64,000 nt of DNA from Hormiphora californensis (Eukaryota; Animalia; Ctenophora): assembly GCA_020137815.1 (NCBI GenBank), contig CM035360.1:372001-436000 (forward strand), in the 5' to 3' direction. The notes below the pieces were generated by a model that saw only the letters and a program-made list of their open reading frames with translations, was not told the origin of the DNA and did not search any database. Position numbers and translations under genes: made by a program. Below are positions 61,640 to 64,000 of this stretch, one piece after another. Position 1 is the first letter of the stretch; each line of letters opens with the position of its first letter.

Positions 61640-61960
61640 AAATTGGTTATGCAATAAGTAACCCCTCTAGTGAGGGGTTTAAAAGCTCGTGGCCTAGGGG
61701 TTCACAAATCTCGTTAGCAACTAAACAATACAACTCGTTTGCGGGACGGGCAATAAGGCTATGGAACACTCTTCCAACGACGGTGAATTCAGCGAAAAAG
61801 GCTAAAGAATTTCGAAGTTCTTCTTGGGGAGTTGTCTCCAGATACAGCCGTCAAAACAATAATTCAATTCTGCTATGGTCCCGCGGGACTGTTTGTGCAG
61901 GGGATGTTCGATTGGAATGACACCATTTTATATTGATATGTGAAGCTGATTACAAAGTTA
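61640..61960 (+). mobile_element. Degenerate 3' fragment of an APE-type LINE (CR1/L2-like)
   Basis: Peptide SFAGRAIRLWNTLP matches the SF..R....WN.LP C-terminal motif of these LINE ORF2 proteins. Confidence 0.55.
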
Positions 61961-62821
61961 CAAAGAACCGCTTACCAAACCGATCAGAGTTGGTGATTTG
62001 GTCCGCAAGCCTCTCCTTTGGTTAAATTGGTGCGTTTGTTTAACGTGTCAGTTGCGTGCCTGGTGGAAGGTTCCATGGTACATTCGGAATTGGCCTGTGT
62101 TAGTGTACCTCGGACGCGACCAGTCCTTGGAGAGAGTTTGTTAGCCTCTCCAAGAGGCGCTCGAAAAAAAAATCCTCCTCTTTTTCCCATGTCCGTGATC
62201 TCCTCTCTGGATGGTTCCCTGGACCTGTTTCTGCCGGAACTGGAATTGGTGCTGGCGTTCCTGATCCTGGAATTAGATAGTGGTCGGTTCCCTAATCCGG
62301 ATTTTTGGCTGGTGCTGGCCAGGGGCGGTGCGGTTCCGTTGCCCGGCTATCTGCCAATCTCTATCATCGGTAGGGCGTGCTTAACGCCGGCCAATGGTAA
62401 GGGAGGGGTAATTTCGATACAAGCACAAAAAGGGGGTCAACAAAATCATTTGAAGATGTCACCCCAAACTCGTGCCTCGTGCCCATGTAATATTTATTAT
62501 TTGTTGACGATGTGCACAATGCACGTAGGCTTGGAGTGATAGCTGTGAAATTGTTTTTTGAACATCAATATCCGGAACATCGATAAAAAGAGTGGGAACA
62601 TGATATTTGACGATCAATAGTTCCCATAAGTATTGAGAAAGGTCCTAGCCAGCGATACAAGGCAACAAGAAAAGTTGCGGGTCGCCTTGTTCGACCCTCT
62701 CTTACCACACGGCGCACCCTGCTATAAATATTCGAAAGAATGGTTTTTAGTTTTCACAAGTTTCAGAAGTCATAATCAAGTCCCGATAATTCCCTATTTA
62801 ACTCAATAACTCTTCTATAGT

Positions 62822-63749
62822 ATGAGAGGCGGTGGGTTAGTTGGTTATGTTGAGGACCGCAACAACAGGCAAAGGTGAGTACAGAGTCCTCTCACTCACT
62901 TGCCAAGTTAGACTGTTTTTCGCGCGCCCCGCAAATGTAAAGGGAGGGTTAGAACATAACAATCACTCACCATGTCCCCACTATGTCGTGTGCTTGATTG
63001 ACTCTCTCCGTCACAGATAAATGCTCAGGGCTGGGTAGTAGGATGTTAGGGAAACATTGAAATATTACTTATGTGTAGTTGGCCCCTGGGGCCTGGGGGA
63101 GGGGGAGTTCAGCATTTATCAGGGAGACTGAGTGTGTTTTTGTCAGAACAATAAGTACTGTATGGTTGACATGATAAACAGTATCTCTCTCTCTCCCTCA
63201 GTGGTAAGGAGAGTCGTGGAGGGAGAGGAAGGAAGGGTGGAAGGGTGGAAGATACCAGGGGATATCAGGTAACGCGCCATTATATTTTAGTAACGCGCCA
63301 TACTACCGTCAGCAGCTCTTGTGCGCGGCTTTCCCCGGGAAATAAGAAGGTGGTAGTAGCCGGTTCACTGGCGGAAGATGGGCTGCTCATCAAGTCAGTG
63401 CCCGGCCAGTGACTCCAGCTTGGTGACGAAACTGAAAGGTATAGGTTTCTACCGAGTCACCGGTAGAGTGACAGCAGTGACTTTCTACTCTTTTTTTTTC
63501 AACGTTATCTTGTTTTCAGGGACGAAGTAGAAATGATGACCCCTCAGTTCATATCACGGGATATCCGGTGCAGACGACAGAGAAGGAATTGGAGGATTTT
63601 ATCAGGAGCAGAATGCCTGGACATACATATCAGCTCAAGAAAATCTTTGGAGAGAAGGAGAATTGGGATGGATCTGTTAAAACCCTGAACTACACGTAGG
63701 AACTTACCTCTCTCTCTCTGTCTCTGTCTCTCTCTCTCTCTCTCTCTGC

Positions 63750-63845
<96 letters not shown>

Positions 63846-64000
63846 ATTAACCCATCTGTATCCCTCTCCCTAGGTGGCTCAACTCGCTCTCCAAATCCAC
63901 CTGTAGCACTGCTATTGAGGTCCTGAATGGAGCACCATTCAAAGGAGCTCCACTTCGTGTCAACCCAAAGCAAACCAAAAGAGATCCCTCCCCTCACAAG
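62822..64000 (+). CDS. RRM-containing RNA-binding protein with RG-rich N-terminus (5' part; runs off window)
   Basis: Exons 62822-62874, 63202-63268, 63520-63695, 63874-end splice in frame; SVHITGYPVQTTEKELEDF (RNP2/helix 1) and AIEVLNGAPFKGAPLRV. Confidence 0.7.

Noticed and set aside
62018-62539. 173-aa ORF and its antisense frames
   Set aside because: No motif recognised; possibly a transposon remnant but unsupported.

Overview
Intron-rich animal genomic DNA, probably a cydippid ctenophore (Pleurobrachia-like). That assignment rests on a ~109-bp MITE whose translation (NRPNQEILVPDWLITSHVT) I recall from Pleurobrachia gene models; it is not verified. Genes: FBXO16-like, an antisense rhodopsin-class GPCR, an unidentified gene, then a co-directional run FAHD1 - ELP1 - class I methyltransferase - tandem-PH protein - TRMT44 - TASP1 - EB1/MAPRE, a 5'-truncated CRE-like retrotransposon and an RRM gene. 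Several non-autonomous DNA transposons have clean 8-bp TSDs. Main observation: in most genes exon-intron junctions are copied into the adjacent intron. Copy number runs from single decoys to minisatellites of about 17, 32 and 108 splice sites in ELP1. The exon-derived parts of these copies differ from the real exon mostly by synonymous changes, as if they came from other functional alleles. Second observation: the tight spacing and the acceptor-like AG just before most start codons suggest trans-spliced, operon-like clusters. Several stretches are low-quality assembly (2.1-3.45, 10.4-10.8, 13.3-14.5, 26.0-28.2 kb), and ELP1 appears both partly duplicated and missing an exon.
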